Below are positions 1 through 11,601 of a DNA stretch of 64,000 nucleotides, piece by piece (the stretch's first letter is position 1; each line of letters begins with the position of its first letter). A model generated the notes under the pieces. It did not search any database. It saw only the letters and a program-made list of their open reading frames with translations, and had not been told where the DNA came from. The stretch covers positions 62,001 to 126,000 of the forward strand of contig JANJGN010000042.1 in the NCBI GenBank assembly GCA_026770705.1. The letters run 5' to 3'. Position numbers and translations under genes: made by a program. The stretch comes from Isurus oxyrinchus (Eukaryota).

Positions 1-250
1 AGCCGGCGAGGATTTGGATACGCGCCGGGAGCAATGGAGCCGGCGGCTGGTCGGGAAGGTTTTTAAACACCCGGTGCAGGCCTCAAACCCCGAACAGAGA
101 CCTGCAGGTCCTGGGTTTGCAGCTCCAGGGCTTTTAACCGAGACTAGACCCAGATGAACGGCCGCCATCTTGTTTCAGAGGGGAGCAGGGCGCATGGGCG
201 AAGGGCTTGATGACGCCACAGTGGGCGGGGCTTCAGCGTGCCTGTTCCCA
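1..250 (+). promoter_or_regulatory. CpG-rich promoter/first-exon region of ZNF gene 1
   Basis: CpG-dense. YY1 motif GCCGCCATCTTG at 161-172, NRF1-like GCGCATGGGCG near 190, GC box GGGCGGGGC near 222. Confidence 0.6.
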
Positions 251-1450
251 GCCAGGTCCAAGTGCCCGGTCGGTGCATAAATCTGGAAAACAGGTTTTCC
301 CAAAGCTTTGCCCACTTTCAGGCTGCAGGTGATGTTTGAAGCGGAGAGGAGTTCACGGGCCTTGTATATATTCAGAGTGAGAGGTTGCAGCCCCTGTGTA
401 GTTACCTGAAGGGGATGATCCTCAACCTTTGGTGACACTGCTGTCCCATTCTTTGAATCTTTGTCTGACCAGTGTGGAGGGGGAGTGGGTAAGTCAGAGA
501 ATCTTCTCCTGAAACTGTTCATGGGCCAGGTTAAAACATGAATTTGCAGATCCAGGATGGGTGACACACATGGGGGTGGTCACACTGGCTGACGACCTCT
601 CTTCCGTGGTCTTGTCCGCGCCTGGGTGTCCCTGGAGAGGGAACATGCGGTGTCCATCGGTACGCTTGATACCTTCCATAACCAGTGGGCACCTCAGGGT
701 ACAGAGTGTCTCACAGACACTTAAAACAACATTCTGCTTTAGTTAGGGAGGTTCCCTTTGCTTTTTTGGGACTTTGTTGCTGATTTGAGCTTCTTTTAGT
801 TTGATTGGACCACATGTTTGGGGAAAGAATGTCCCAAAGAAACTTGAATTGTCTGTTTTGAATTTCTATCCTGTACTTACAGTGATGGTTTTTGTAAACT
901 CCTTTTACAGGGGAGAAGAGGGAGATGATTTGCAGACGGGAAACTCAAACCAAACATCACAACAAGATCTGACCGCATCACTCGATTCATCAAGACCTAA
1001 ATATCATTGGACATTGACTGTGAAAGGAGATATATTTGTCTGTTCTGTCTGTGGGCAAAGATTTGAAACATCAGTGTGNNNNNNNNNNNNNNNNNNNNNN
1101 NNNNNNNNNNNNNNNNNNNNNNNNNNNNNNNNNNNNNNNNNNNNNNNNNNNNNNNNNNNNNNNNNNNNNNNNNNNNNNNNNNNNNNNNNNNNNNNNNNNN
1201 NNNNNNNNNNNNNNNNNNNNNNNNNNNNNNNNNNNNNNNNNNNNNNNNNNNNNNNNNNNNNNNNNNNNNNNNNNNNNNNNNNNNNNNNNNNNNNNNNNNN
1301 NNNNNNNNNGTAGAAGGAGCTTTAACCTGTTACACCACCTGAAACAAAGATTTCACCATGCACAGCGGGGAGAAACTGTGCAAGTGTACTGTGTGTGGAC
1401 AAGAATTCAACTGATTATCCAACCTGGAGAGGCACAGGAACATCGACACC

Positions 1451-2179
1451 ATGGAGAAACCGTGGAACTGCGGGGATTGTGGGAAGAGATTCAGATCCCC
1501 CTCTGAGCTGGAAACTCATGGACGCATTCACACTGGGGAGAGACCATTTATCTGTTGCGATTGTGGGAAGGGATTCGCTCGACTAACTAACCTCACTTCA
1601 CACCAACTTGTTCATTCAGACATGAGACCTTTTAAATGTTGTGACTGTGAGAAGAGCTTTAAAAGCAAAAAGAATCTGCTAATACACCAGCGAGTTCAAA
1701 CTGGGGAGAGGCCATTCACCTGCTTTGACTGTGGGAAGGGATTCGCTCAGTTATCCAACCTGCTGCGACACCAGAGAGTTCACACTGGAGAGAGGCCATT
1801 CACCTGCTTTGACTGTGGGAAGGGATTCGCTCAGTTATCCAACCTGCTGCGACACCAGAGAGTTCACACTGGAGAGAGGCCATTCACCTGCTTTGACTGT
1901 GGGAAGGGATTCGCTCAGTTATCCAACCTGCTACGACACCAGAGAGTTCACACTGGAGAGAGGCCATTCACCTGCTCCAAGTGTGGGAAGGGATTCACTC
2001 AGTTAAGTACCCTCACTTCACATCAACTTGTTCACTCTGACAAGAGACCTTTTAAATGTTCTGATTGTGAAAAGTGCTTTAAAAGCAGAAAGATTCTGCT
2101 GACACACCAGCAAGTTCACACTGGGCAGAAACCATTCAACTACTCCAAGTGTGGGAAGAGGTTCATTCAACTAACCTAG
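1451..2179 (+). CDS. C2H2 zinc-finger protein (tandem Kruppel-type, no KRAB seen), about 7 intact fingers, truncated by an in-frame TAG
   Basis: MEKPWNCGDCGKRF... with TGERPF linkers. After TAG 2177-2179 the same frame continues with 3 more partly degenerate fingers to 2461. Exon acceptor ccttttacag at 910, AATAAA at 2607-2612, N gap 1079-1309 inside the exon. Confidence 0.8.
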   Translation: MEKPWNCGDCGKRFRSPSELETHGRIHTGERPFICCDCGKGFARLTNLTSHQLVHSDMRPFKCCDCEKSFKSKKNLLIHQRVQTGERPFTCFDCGKGFAQLSNLLRHQRVHTGERPFTCFDCGKGFAQLSNLLRHQRVHTGERPFTCFDCGKGFAQLSNLLRHQRVHTGERPFTCSKCGKGFTQLSTLTSHQLVHSDKRPFKCSDCEKCFKSRKILLTHQQVHTGQKPFNYSKCGKRFIQLT

Positions 2180-2639
2180 CTCACTTCACATCAACGTGTT
2201 CACTCTGAAAAGAGACCTTTTAAGCATGCCGACTGTGTGAAAAGCTATAAAAGCAAAATGGATCTGCTAACACACCAGCGAGTTCACACTGGAGAATGGT
2301 CATTGACCTGCTCTGTGTGTGGGAAGGGATTCATTCACACATCCCTCCGGCTGAAACACCAGCGAGTTCACACTGGAGAGAGACTGTTCACCTGCTCCAT
2401 GTGTGGGAAGGGATTCAGTCATTCATCCACCCTGCAGACACAGCGGTGTATTCACAAGTGACTCCCGGGGTTGGATTCTGCTGTTATTGCTGCTGTAAAT
2501 CACATCCAGGACTGAACCATGTTCATTCTGACAGTTGGGGTTTGTTTCTGCTAATGTTAATAATCCCTGTAACTGGGCTGGAATTTAATACTCTGGATAA
2601 AGGTTAAATAAATCAGCTTTGTGTCAAACATTGTCAACA

Positions 2640-3170
2640 TATTAGTCGAGGCATTGAATGCAAGAGCAGGGACGTTATGATGGAGCAGTATAAAGCATTA
2701 GTTAGGCCACATTTGGAGTACTCTGTGCATTGCTGTTTGCCACACTATAGGAAGGATGTGATTGCACTGGAGAGGGTGCAGAGGAGATTCACTCAGGATG
2801 TTGACTGGGCTGGAGCATTTCAGCTATGAAGAGAGACTAGATAAGCTACTTAGTTCTGTTGAACAGTCATATGGACTCGAAATGTTAAATATGTTCCTCT
2901 CCGCAGATGCTGCCAGACGTGCTGAGTTTTTCCAGGTACTTTTATTTTTGTTCTAGAGAGGCTGGGGTTGTTTTCCTCAGAGCAGAGAAGGCTGAGGGGG
3001 GACCTGATGGTGGTGCACAAAATTATGAAGGGCATAGATAGGGTGGATAGGAAGAAATTTTTCTCTTTAATGGAGGGGTCAATACTCAGGGGGCATAGAT
3101 TTAAGGTAAGGGGCAGAAGGTTTAGAGGGAATTTGAGGATTTTCTTTTCACCCAGAGGGTGGGGGCTATC
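2640..3170 (+). mobile_element. CR1-type LINE fragment interrupted by a short Penelope-derived piece (2850-2955)
   Basis: Reads YKALVRPHLEYSVH...ERVQRRFTQ and EQRRLRGDLMVVHKIMKGIDRVD. Confidence 0.8.
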
Positions 3171-4844
3171 TGGAACCTGCCAGCGAAGCCTACATCCCGT
3201 GAATGAATTTAAAAAGACAACACTTTCATCCCAGGAATGAACCGAGTGAACCTTCCCTGAAATGCCTCTTATACAACTCCATCCATCCTCAAGATTATCC
3301 CATAACTATGTTATCATAAGGTGTGAATGGTACGAGCTGGAACTTGGTATTTCTCATTTTTCAATCCATTTGCTAACAGAATCTCCCCCTCCCTTCCCCA
3401 GATTCAGACAATGATTAACTGAGACTCAGTCTCTAATGACGGCCTTAAAAGTGGATAAATCCCCAGGCCCTGGTGAAATGTTGAACTCAGTACCTGGGGG
3501 AGTGGTAGAGGCAGGAACTCTCACAACATTTAAGAAGTACTTAGATGAACACTTGAAATACCACAGCTAACAGGGCTTTGGGCCAAGTGGTGGAAAATGG
3601 ATGAGAGTAGATGGGGTTTGATGACAGGCACTGCAAGAATTCACCAAGGCTCCTTCAACAGCACCATCCAAACCCATGATCACTACCATCTAGAAGGACA
3701 AGGGCAGCAGATAGATGGGAACACCACCACCTGGAAATTCCCCTCCAAGTCGCTCACCATCCTGATATGGGAATATATTGCCATTCCTTCACTGTCATTG
3801 GGTCAAAATCCTGGAACCCCCTTCCTAACAGCACTGTGGGTGTACCTACACTACATGGACTGCAGCGGTTCAAGAAGGCCGCTCATCACCACCTTCCCAA
3901 ACGCAACTAGGGATGGGCAACAAATGCTGGCCCAGCCAGTGAAGCCCATATCCCATGAATGAATATAAAAAAAACAGAACATGAGTGGTTAGCGTGGCAA
4001 GTAGAATAAAACAACGTTTTAAATTATCAAAACATCAATACATATTCCACAGAAAAGTTGTCTCTCAAACATTTAGGAAAGAATTAAACACATTGAATCT
4101 AACAAAGTGAACCAAATTAATTTGAAGAGGGGAATAGAATCTGGATTTAGAAAATATCCACAAGGTGGATGAAGGTGAACACAGAGGTAGAGAACCTTTA
4201 AAGTCCGTGCATGAACTTTTGAACCAGATGTATTTACGACATGTCTATAATTTAGATTGTGTGAGATGATCGACAGGTGGGGAGGATGAATCTAAGTCGA
4301 TAGTTATCACATTTAGTGGAAAAGTTTTGACATTTATTCTTGGCAGCAGCTCAAGTGTTGGTGTTGCTGATTCTGATCATTCTAGTTGGTTTAGCATGTT
4401 ACCTATGGTTTGTTATCAAGAAATTAGGAAAACAAGCTCATAGCTTAGAAATAGTGATGTTAGTCAGAAATCAGTTGTGAGAAGTCAATAAGGTTATTCC
4501 CTTCTCAAACTGGGGAGATCCGTGAGAAATCACTGCCTAATTAACCTTATAAAATCTTCAGAAATTTATTCAACATAACAGAAATAGCTGTCTCTCTCTC
4601 TCTCCCTTGTTTAGGAAGAAAGATTCCTGGCTTGATAAACATCGGACAATGTACCCCTATGATAACTCATTGGGATGGTCTCAGTAGTTACGGGATGGAA
4701 TTTGTAGTAGTGATTGAAGACAATGGCTTTTGCCTCCAATTTTTAATTGGAAGAATTTTCTGCTCATCCAGTACTGGGTGTGGGATAAGCAGTTGGATAA
4801 TTTCGTAACAGTGGAGGAATGGAAAGGGATGGTGGCGAGGTAGA

Positions 4845-5640
4845 CCCTCCGGGACACCCTGGTCCACTCCTCAATCACCCCCTACATCTCAAGCCCCTCC
4901 CACGGCACCTTCCCATGCAACCACAGAGGGTACAACACCTGCCCCTTTACTTCCCCCCTCCTCACCATCCAAGGGCCCAAACACTTCTTTCAAGTGAAGC
5001 AGCATTTCAGTTGCACTTCCCTCAGCTTAGTCTACTGCATTCGTTGCTCCCAATGCAGTTTCCTCTACATTGCAGAGACCAAACGCAGACTGGGTGACCG
5101 CTTTGCAGAACACCTTCGGTCTGTCCACAAGCATTACCCAGACCTCCCTGTCGCTTGCCATTTCAACACTCCATCCTGCTCTTATGCCCACACGTCCGTC
5201 CTTGGCTTGTTGCATTGTTCCAGTGAAGCTCAGCGCAAACCGGAGGAATGGTACCTCATCTTCCAACTAGGCACTTCACTGTCTTCCAGTCCGAATATTG
5301 AGTTCAACAATTTTAGATCATGAACTCTCTCCTCCATCCCCACCCTCTTTCTGATTTCCCCCCTTTTTTTTCCAATAATTTATATAGATTTTTCTTTTCC
5401 CACCTATTTCCATTATTTTTAAATACATTTCCATCCATTATTTTACCTCTGCCTTTTAGCCTTTTTTGATTCCTTCACCCCACCCCCACTAGGGCTATCT
5501 GTACCTTGCTTGTCCTGCTTTCTACCCTTAATTAGCACATTCCTTAGATAATATCACCACCTTCAGCACCTCTTTGTCCTTTGGTCTGTGACATCTTTTG
5601 GTTATCTCCACCTATCACTGGCCCTCTATCCAGCTCTACT
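4845..5640 (+). mobile_element. Older Penelope-like fragment (GIY-YIG and 3' UTR)
   Basis: ORF 4994-5323 KQHFSCTSLSLVYCIRCSQCSFLYIAETKRRLGDRFAEH. Confidence 0.9.
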
Positions 5641-7484
5641 TGCAGGTGTATGTGAACACCATCATCTCCAAGATCCCTTCCAAGTCACACACCATCCTGA
5701 CTTGTCTGGATCAACAGAAATTTCCTCTGTTTAAATATTGGGAAGACTGAAGCCATTGTCTTCAGTACCCGCTACAAATTCCACTCCCTGACCACCGGCT
5801 CCATCCCTTTTACTGACAACTGTGTGAGGCTGAACCAGACTGTGTATAGGAACATAGGAGCAGGAGTAGGCCATTCAGCCCATTCTGCTCCACCATTCAA
5901 TCTGTTCGAAGTCTTTTCCCACACTATCCACATATCCCTTTATGTAACTGCTCAACCTGTCATCCATTCCTTTGTTCTGTCTAGACTTAACTATCAGAAC
6001 ACACTCCCAGCTGGCCTCCCACATTTAGCCTCCATGTAATCCAAAACTCTGCTTCCTCGCACCAAGTCTTGTTCACCCATCACCCCTGTATTCACCGACT
6101 TACAAAGCCTCTGGGTTAAGGAGAACCTCAATTTTAAATTTCTCATCCTTCTTTTCAAAGGATCTTTGGTCTCTCCCTCCCTACCTCTATAATCTCTTCC
6201 AGCCTCACAACCCTCCGAGGTTTCTACACTTCTCTAATTCCGACCTGCTCAGCATTCCTGATTTTAACTGCACCACATTTGGGTCTCCTCCAGCAGCTGC
6301 CAAGGCCACAAGCTCTGGAATTGCCCCGCTAAACCTCTCCACTTCACTTTCCTCCCTTAAGATAATCCATAACGCCTAGCTCTTTGAGTAAACTTTTGTC
6401 CATGTGGCTCCGTGTCAAATGTTGCTTTCTAACACTCCTGTGAAACACCTTGGTACCATTATACAACAGAATTAATTAATTACCATTTCAGGGTGGGCAG
6501 AATTTGATGGTCAACACAGGCGCTAAAGCGGAAGAGAAATGGACTATAGCGCAGGGAAAACGATTCCTGAAAGATACTGTGGGAAGATAAAGCTGGTGAG
6601 CCAGCAGCACATGGTCGGGGGATGGACAACAATGCAAATCTCATTTAGACACAGTTGGCAGAAGAAATATTAAAATCCTAAACATAGTTAAAATACATCC
6701 CTTATTAGAGATAGAGAAAGTTAGACAATGGCAGAGAGGTGATCAGGAAGGGCAAAGGATGAAACAGAGCAATAGATGGACATGGATTCAGATCCTCAGT
6801 AAAGGAGTCACACCAGCCCCAGAGCCATGAAAACTCTCATAGATAACAGAGTACAGCACTAAAAGCTCTAAACTGTTGATGAATAGTCAAATATACTCAA
6901 CTCTGAAACAATTTCAGTTTTCAACTTTAAACTCTCCTGCTGGAGCCTGCAGCTGGAAAGATATCAGAGGCACTGGAGTCAGAGAAAAATCTCCCAGTAC
7001 AGGAAATACCTGGGGAGCGGGGTGATGTCACCGTGAAATTGTCGATGTGTGATGATTTTACAGTGTAATTGTCGATGTGTGATGATGTCACAGTGTAATT
7101 ATCAATGTGTGATGATGTCACACACACAGACACATAACATCTGGGTCTATGCAGACCAGTGATCACCACACATTATGAAGAATGTGAGAGGGTGCGGAGG
7201 AGATTTACCAAAATGGGTAAGGGATGAGGGATTTTAGTTGTAAGGTTAGTTTGGAGAAACTGGGGATATTCGCCTTGGAGCAAAGTGGATTGAGGGGAGA
7301 TTTTATGGAGGTGTACAAGTTTATGATAGGTTGAGATAAGATAAAGATGTTCACATTAGTTAATCATTAAAGGATTACAGACATAAATTTAAGATTTGAG
7401 GCAATATATACAGGGGGCCTGCGAGGAAAAAAAAATTACCCAATGAGTGATTGAGTGGAACTCAATGCTTACGCTCAGAGGCCG

Positions 7485-7750
7485 ATAATATTCAGGTCCT
7501 GATGAATCGAATGACTCTGTCAGGTCTTGATGTGATGTTGGTTTGAGTTTTCCGTCTGCAAATCCTTCCCATTCAACATCCTGTAAAAAGGAGATTATAA
7601 AAATACTCATCACTGTCAGTCCAGGATACAAGTTGCGAAGAGACAAACATTTCACTTGGTTTGAGTTTGCTGTGTGTAAATCCTCCCCTTCTAACCCCCT
7701 GCAAAAGGAGTTTCCAAACTCCATCCCTGTCAGTCCAGGATAGAAATTCA
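7485..7750 (-). pseudogene. Orphan ZNF acceptor cassette (tandem double)
   Basis: Homologous to 850-1010 (gaatttctatcctggactgacag...ccttttacag...aaactcaaaccaaacatcacatcaagacctgac). No finger array follows. Confidence 0.75.
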
Positions 7751-7779
7751 CAGCCTTCTCTCCTCCTGCTACCTGGACC

Positions 7780-8180
7780 AGGATGACCGCGCATGCGCCC
7801 TGCTGCACAGCCGCTGCCCTGGGCCTGGCAGAGGGAAAGTCCCAGCCATTTCCGGTCTGTTCGCTATAAACGCGGGGCCGGTAGTTTCATATTAAGGGTA
7901 TGCGGCCTGTACCGAGTGTTTATGAAGCCTCCCTGCCCACTTCACTGGCTCTATTCCTCCCGCCCACCCACTAAATCTGTTATTGTACCGCCGTCGCCAT
8001 TTTCTCACCAGCTCTCCGGCTCCGCTTACAGAACAGCACTGCGCATGCTCAGATAGGAGACCGCACTGCGCAGATGCCAATCACAATTAGCTATACGCAT
8101 GCGCACGGCAATGGCGTTCTGGATAGGACACCTTCTGTCCCGCTCTGAATGCTGGGTGAAAAGTCCGCCATTGGAGAACG
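7780..8180. promoter_or_regulatory. CpG-rich promoter with clustered NRF1 motifs
   Basis: GCGCATGCGC at about 7789, TGCGCATGCTC at about 8040, CGCATGCGCA at about 8096, YY1-like CGCCATTTT at about 7995. Confidence 0.6.
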
Positions 8181-9349
8181 ATATTCCTGAATGTAAAATT
8201 ATGTTTCATGTTTCAATCATGATCGAACGCTTGGAGAGAAAATTTAAAATTATTAATTTGATAAATAGAACAGTCAAAGTACACGGGCTTCCACCATACT
8301 TCTGTCCTGGGTATAATTAACAATAGAACAAGCCCCAACAGTTCGAGGTGGATTCATTGGATTCTCAGTGTCTGGGTGAAGAAGTTATTTTTCCTTCCAT
8401 ACCCCGGGCATTTAAGCTCTGTCCTGTCAGTCAGAACGTGACTGTTGCGACTTAAATCCTTTGAACTTTTAAAGCTGGATTGTTAACAGGTGGCCAAACT
8501 GAGAAAATCCCTTCGCAAAGTTTTCTCCATCAGATGTGACAGCAGCTGTATCAATGAATGAGGTGATTAAGGGAATCCATTTCCAGTGTTGTAATTATGA
8601 TACAACCTTTCAGAGCCAATAACTAAACTTGGCCCAAATATATTAAGTGGATAAATGAAAGCAAAATGTTACTTAAAAGGTACTGAGACATGATATTTAT
8701 TCATGTGCTGATATAATACACTGCTATTTAATTGATTTATTAACCTGTGTGAGCTGCTCCACCTGTGTTTTCCAACCCATCTTTTGAAGACTCCAGCTGA
8801 GCAAAGAAAGCAATCAAATTTCAATCAGCAACCTCGAACTTTATATTCACCGCCTTTCAGAGTTAGGTGATTTTTTGTGCTAAGCAGACTTTATACAATC
8901 CAAAGGAAGACATTTTATTAAATGGAAGTGATTTCCATCCCCTCTGAACTGGGTATTCTTAATTATTGCGCACGTGTCCTCTGAAGGCTGCGGCACATTT
9001 GTAACATTGAACTGTTAAACTGGCCTCTGAGTTGAAGATCGCTGCTCTAAATGGAGAAATCCAACTAAGCTGATAGTTGTAACTGTTTGTAAATATCAGG
9101 CTCCAGGTCAGTAGCTGGAATTGTTTATTTTAGATTTTGTATGAGTAACACATTGTGACATTTGTTGTGTGATGTTTGACGTGTAACCTCTGGACACTGG
9201 CTCCAATACTTTATGCATATTTGTAAAGTTAAATGCTGGTCTATTTTATAATTATTGGTGCAATAACCATCTAGTGTTCGGTTTTTTATTTTGAATGCAA
9301 TGTTGGGGCTGTTTTCAGGATGAACTGTCTTTCTAAAGCCTGGACATCC

Positions 9350-9560
9350 ATACGAGTAATCCAGAGGCCCAGGCTCATGCTCTGAGGACACAGGTTCAAA
9401 TCCCACCACAGCAGCTGGTGGAATTTAAATTCAGTTAGTAAATCTGCAATAACAAGCAATGAGACTATGATCAGCTTTTGTAAAAACACACCCAGTTACT
9501 CATGTCATTTAGGGAAGGAAATTTGCCATCTTTACCTGGTCTGGCCTACATGTGACTGAT
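9350..9560 (+). mobile_element. tRNA-derived SINE fragment (second copy on - at about 23490-23755)
   Basis: B-box GGTTCAAATCCC followed by a body shared with the 23.5-kb copy. Confidence 0.6.
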
Positions 9561-10514
9561 AAATAACAATAAATAAGAGAAGTAAAATAAATAAAAATAA
9601 GAATAAGAAAAAAGTGCGCCAATTAACTGATTTCCTGGTGGTAATTTAGCCTGGAATCACCAGAGATGATATTAATAATTAACACATTCCCATGACATCT
9701 CAGTTTACCAAAGTCTGTCTCAATCCATGCGAATGATAAATGGGTTCTCATAATAGCGGGAGGTTAATTTATTAGTGAATCTTTATCTACTGTACCCAAT
9801 ATTTCATGCTGCCATTTATCCTTTGATGCGTTTTTGACATCCAAAAGTTTCAGAAATATTACCAAACAGAAACAGACTGTCACTCCAACAAGTCTATGTT
9901 TAGATTCCCCAACAGAATTAGTCCTAATCTCACAGACCTGCTAATCTGCCACTCTCTTTCTCCCCTTGTCATCCCGTCACATTTTTAACATGTTCTTCTA
10001 TGTTGCCCTGGTCTCTGCTTCAATCATTGACTCTGCTAATACATTTCATAGTCTCCATGGAGAAAACAACTCATCCAGCTCAGGAATAGAGCCCAAATGT
10101 TCAGGTATTTCTCCCACAGCTGTACTTCCACACACGAGGCAGAATGCCACTGACTGAGCTGGATCCTTTCAGTCCCCTCAGCTCCAATCCTACCGTGTGG
10201 AGCTGAACAACAACAATTTTAACTGATTGACATTTAATCCAATAAAACACCGCAAAGCACTTCACAGGAGCATTCCCAAAGACCCACCCAGAAGTAGATA
10301 TTAGGATGGGTGGCCAGGAATGTGGTAAAAGGAGTAAGTTTTAAGGAGCATCTTAAAGGAATGGAGAGAGAGTGGACAGAGGTGGAGAGTTTGAGGGAGT
10401 GAATTCTATCACTTGGAGCCTCGGCAGCTGAAAGTGAATGAAGGATGAAAGTGAGATGAGAGCTTAATAGTGAATTGACTCTAACTTTCTGAAATGGTCT
10501 GATCCATTTTTCAG

Positions 10515-11601
10515 AAGTGAGTCAAATCGCGGAGTCACAGGAAAGTACAACACTGGAGGAGATGGTTTGACCCACTGCGTCTGCAAGAGCTGTGCAACCA
10601 GTCCCACTTCCCCATCCTTTCCCCACACAGCAGGAGATGGTTTGACCCACTGTGTCTGCAAGAGCTGTGCAACCAGTCCCACATCCCCACCCTTTCCCCA
10701 CACAGCAGGAGATGGCTTGACCCACTGTGTCTGCAAGAGCTGTGCAACCAGTCCCACATCCACACCCTTGCCCCACACAGAAGGAGATGGTTTCACCCAC
10801 TGCGTCTGCAAGAGCTGTGAAACCAGTCCCACATCCACACCCTTTCCCCACACAGGAGGAGATGGTTTGACCCAGTGTGACTGCAAGAGCTGTGAAACCA
10901 GTCCCACATCCGCACCCTTTCCCCACACAGGAGGAGATGGTTTGACCCACTGTGTCTGTAAGAGCTGTGTAACCAGTCCCACATCCGCACACTTTCCCCA
11001 CACAGGAGGAGATGGTTTGACCCACTGTGTCTGCAAGAGCTGTGAAACCAGTTCCACATCCGCACCCTTTCGCAACACAGGAGCAGATGGTTTGACCCAG
11101 TGTGACTGTAAGAGCTGTGAAACCAGTCCCACATCCCCACCCTTTCCCCACACAGGAGGAGATGGTTTGACCCACAGTGTCTGCAAGAGCTGTGAAACCA
11201 GTCCCACATCCGCACCCTTTCCCCACACAGGAAGAGATGGTTTGACCCACAGTGTCTGCAAGAGCTGTGAAACCAGTCCCACATCCACACCCTTGCCCCA
11301 CACAGGAGGAGATGGTTTGACCCACTGTGTCTGCAAGAGCTGTGAAACCAGTCCCACATCCCCATCCTTTCCCCACACAGGAAGAGATGGTTTGACCCAC
11401 TGTGCCTACAAGAGCTGTGAAACCAGTCCCACTTCCCCACCCTTTTCCCACACAGGAGGAGATGGTTTGACCCACTGTGTCTGTAAGAGCTGTGAAACCA
11501 GTCCCACATCCACACCCTTGCCCCACATTGCTGCAGATTTTCCTCCTCCTCGTCTTCCCTTTTCAAGGCTGCAATTCATTCTGTTTGCACCATCGTATTA
11601 G
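10515..11601 (+). CDS. Candidate terminal exon encoding a 25-aa HCxCxxC / Pro-Ser-Thr repeat protein (unknown)
   Basis: Branch-like ctaac (10481) and tttttcag acceptor (10514). One frame is open across the whole array to TAG 11599-11601, with AATAAA at 11614 and 11635. No upstream exon was identified. Confidence 0.3.
10553..11527. repeat. 13 x 75-bp tandem array
   Basis: Unit ggagatggtttgacccactgtgtctgcaagagctgtgaaaccagtcccacatccgcaccctttccccacacagga, with no indels between units. Confidence 0.97.

Larger units (their letters stand above)
6050..8530 (+). repeat. Segmental duplication copy A (direct paralog at about 22800-25760)
   Basis: Colinear L2-like fragment, unique 6490-7170 segment, 30-bp TGATGTCA repeats, CR1 fragment, ZNF cassette, promoter and flank. 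Confidence 0.85.

Noticed and set aside
10553-11527. CRISPR-like array (also considered for 52795-54090 and 55379-55485)
   Set aside because: Contiguous tandem units without unique spacers, vertebrate context, no cas genes.
10464-11566. - strand ORFs over the 75-bp array (keratin-associated/metallothionein-like GCGCG frame and others)
   Set aside because: The GCGCG frame has no ATG, an in-frame TGA just upstream and no good acceptor; the other two frames contain internal stops. The + frame has better exon signals.
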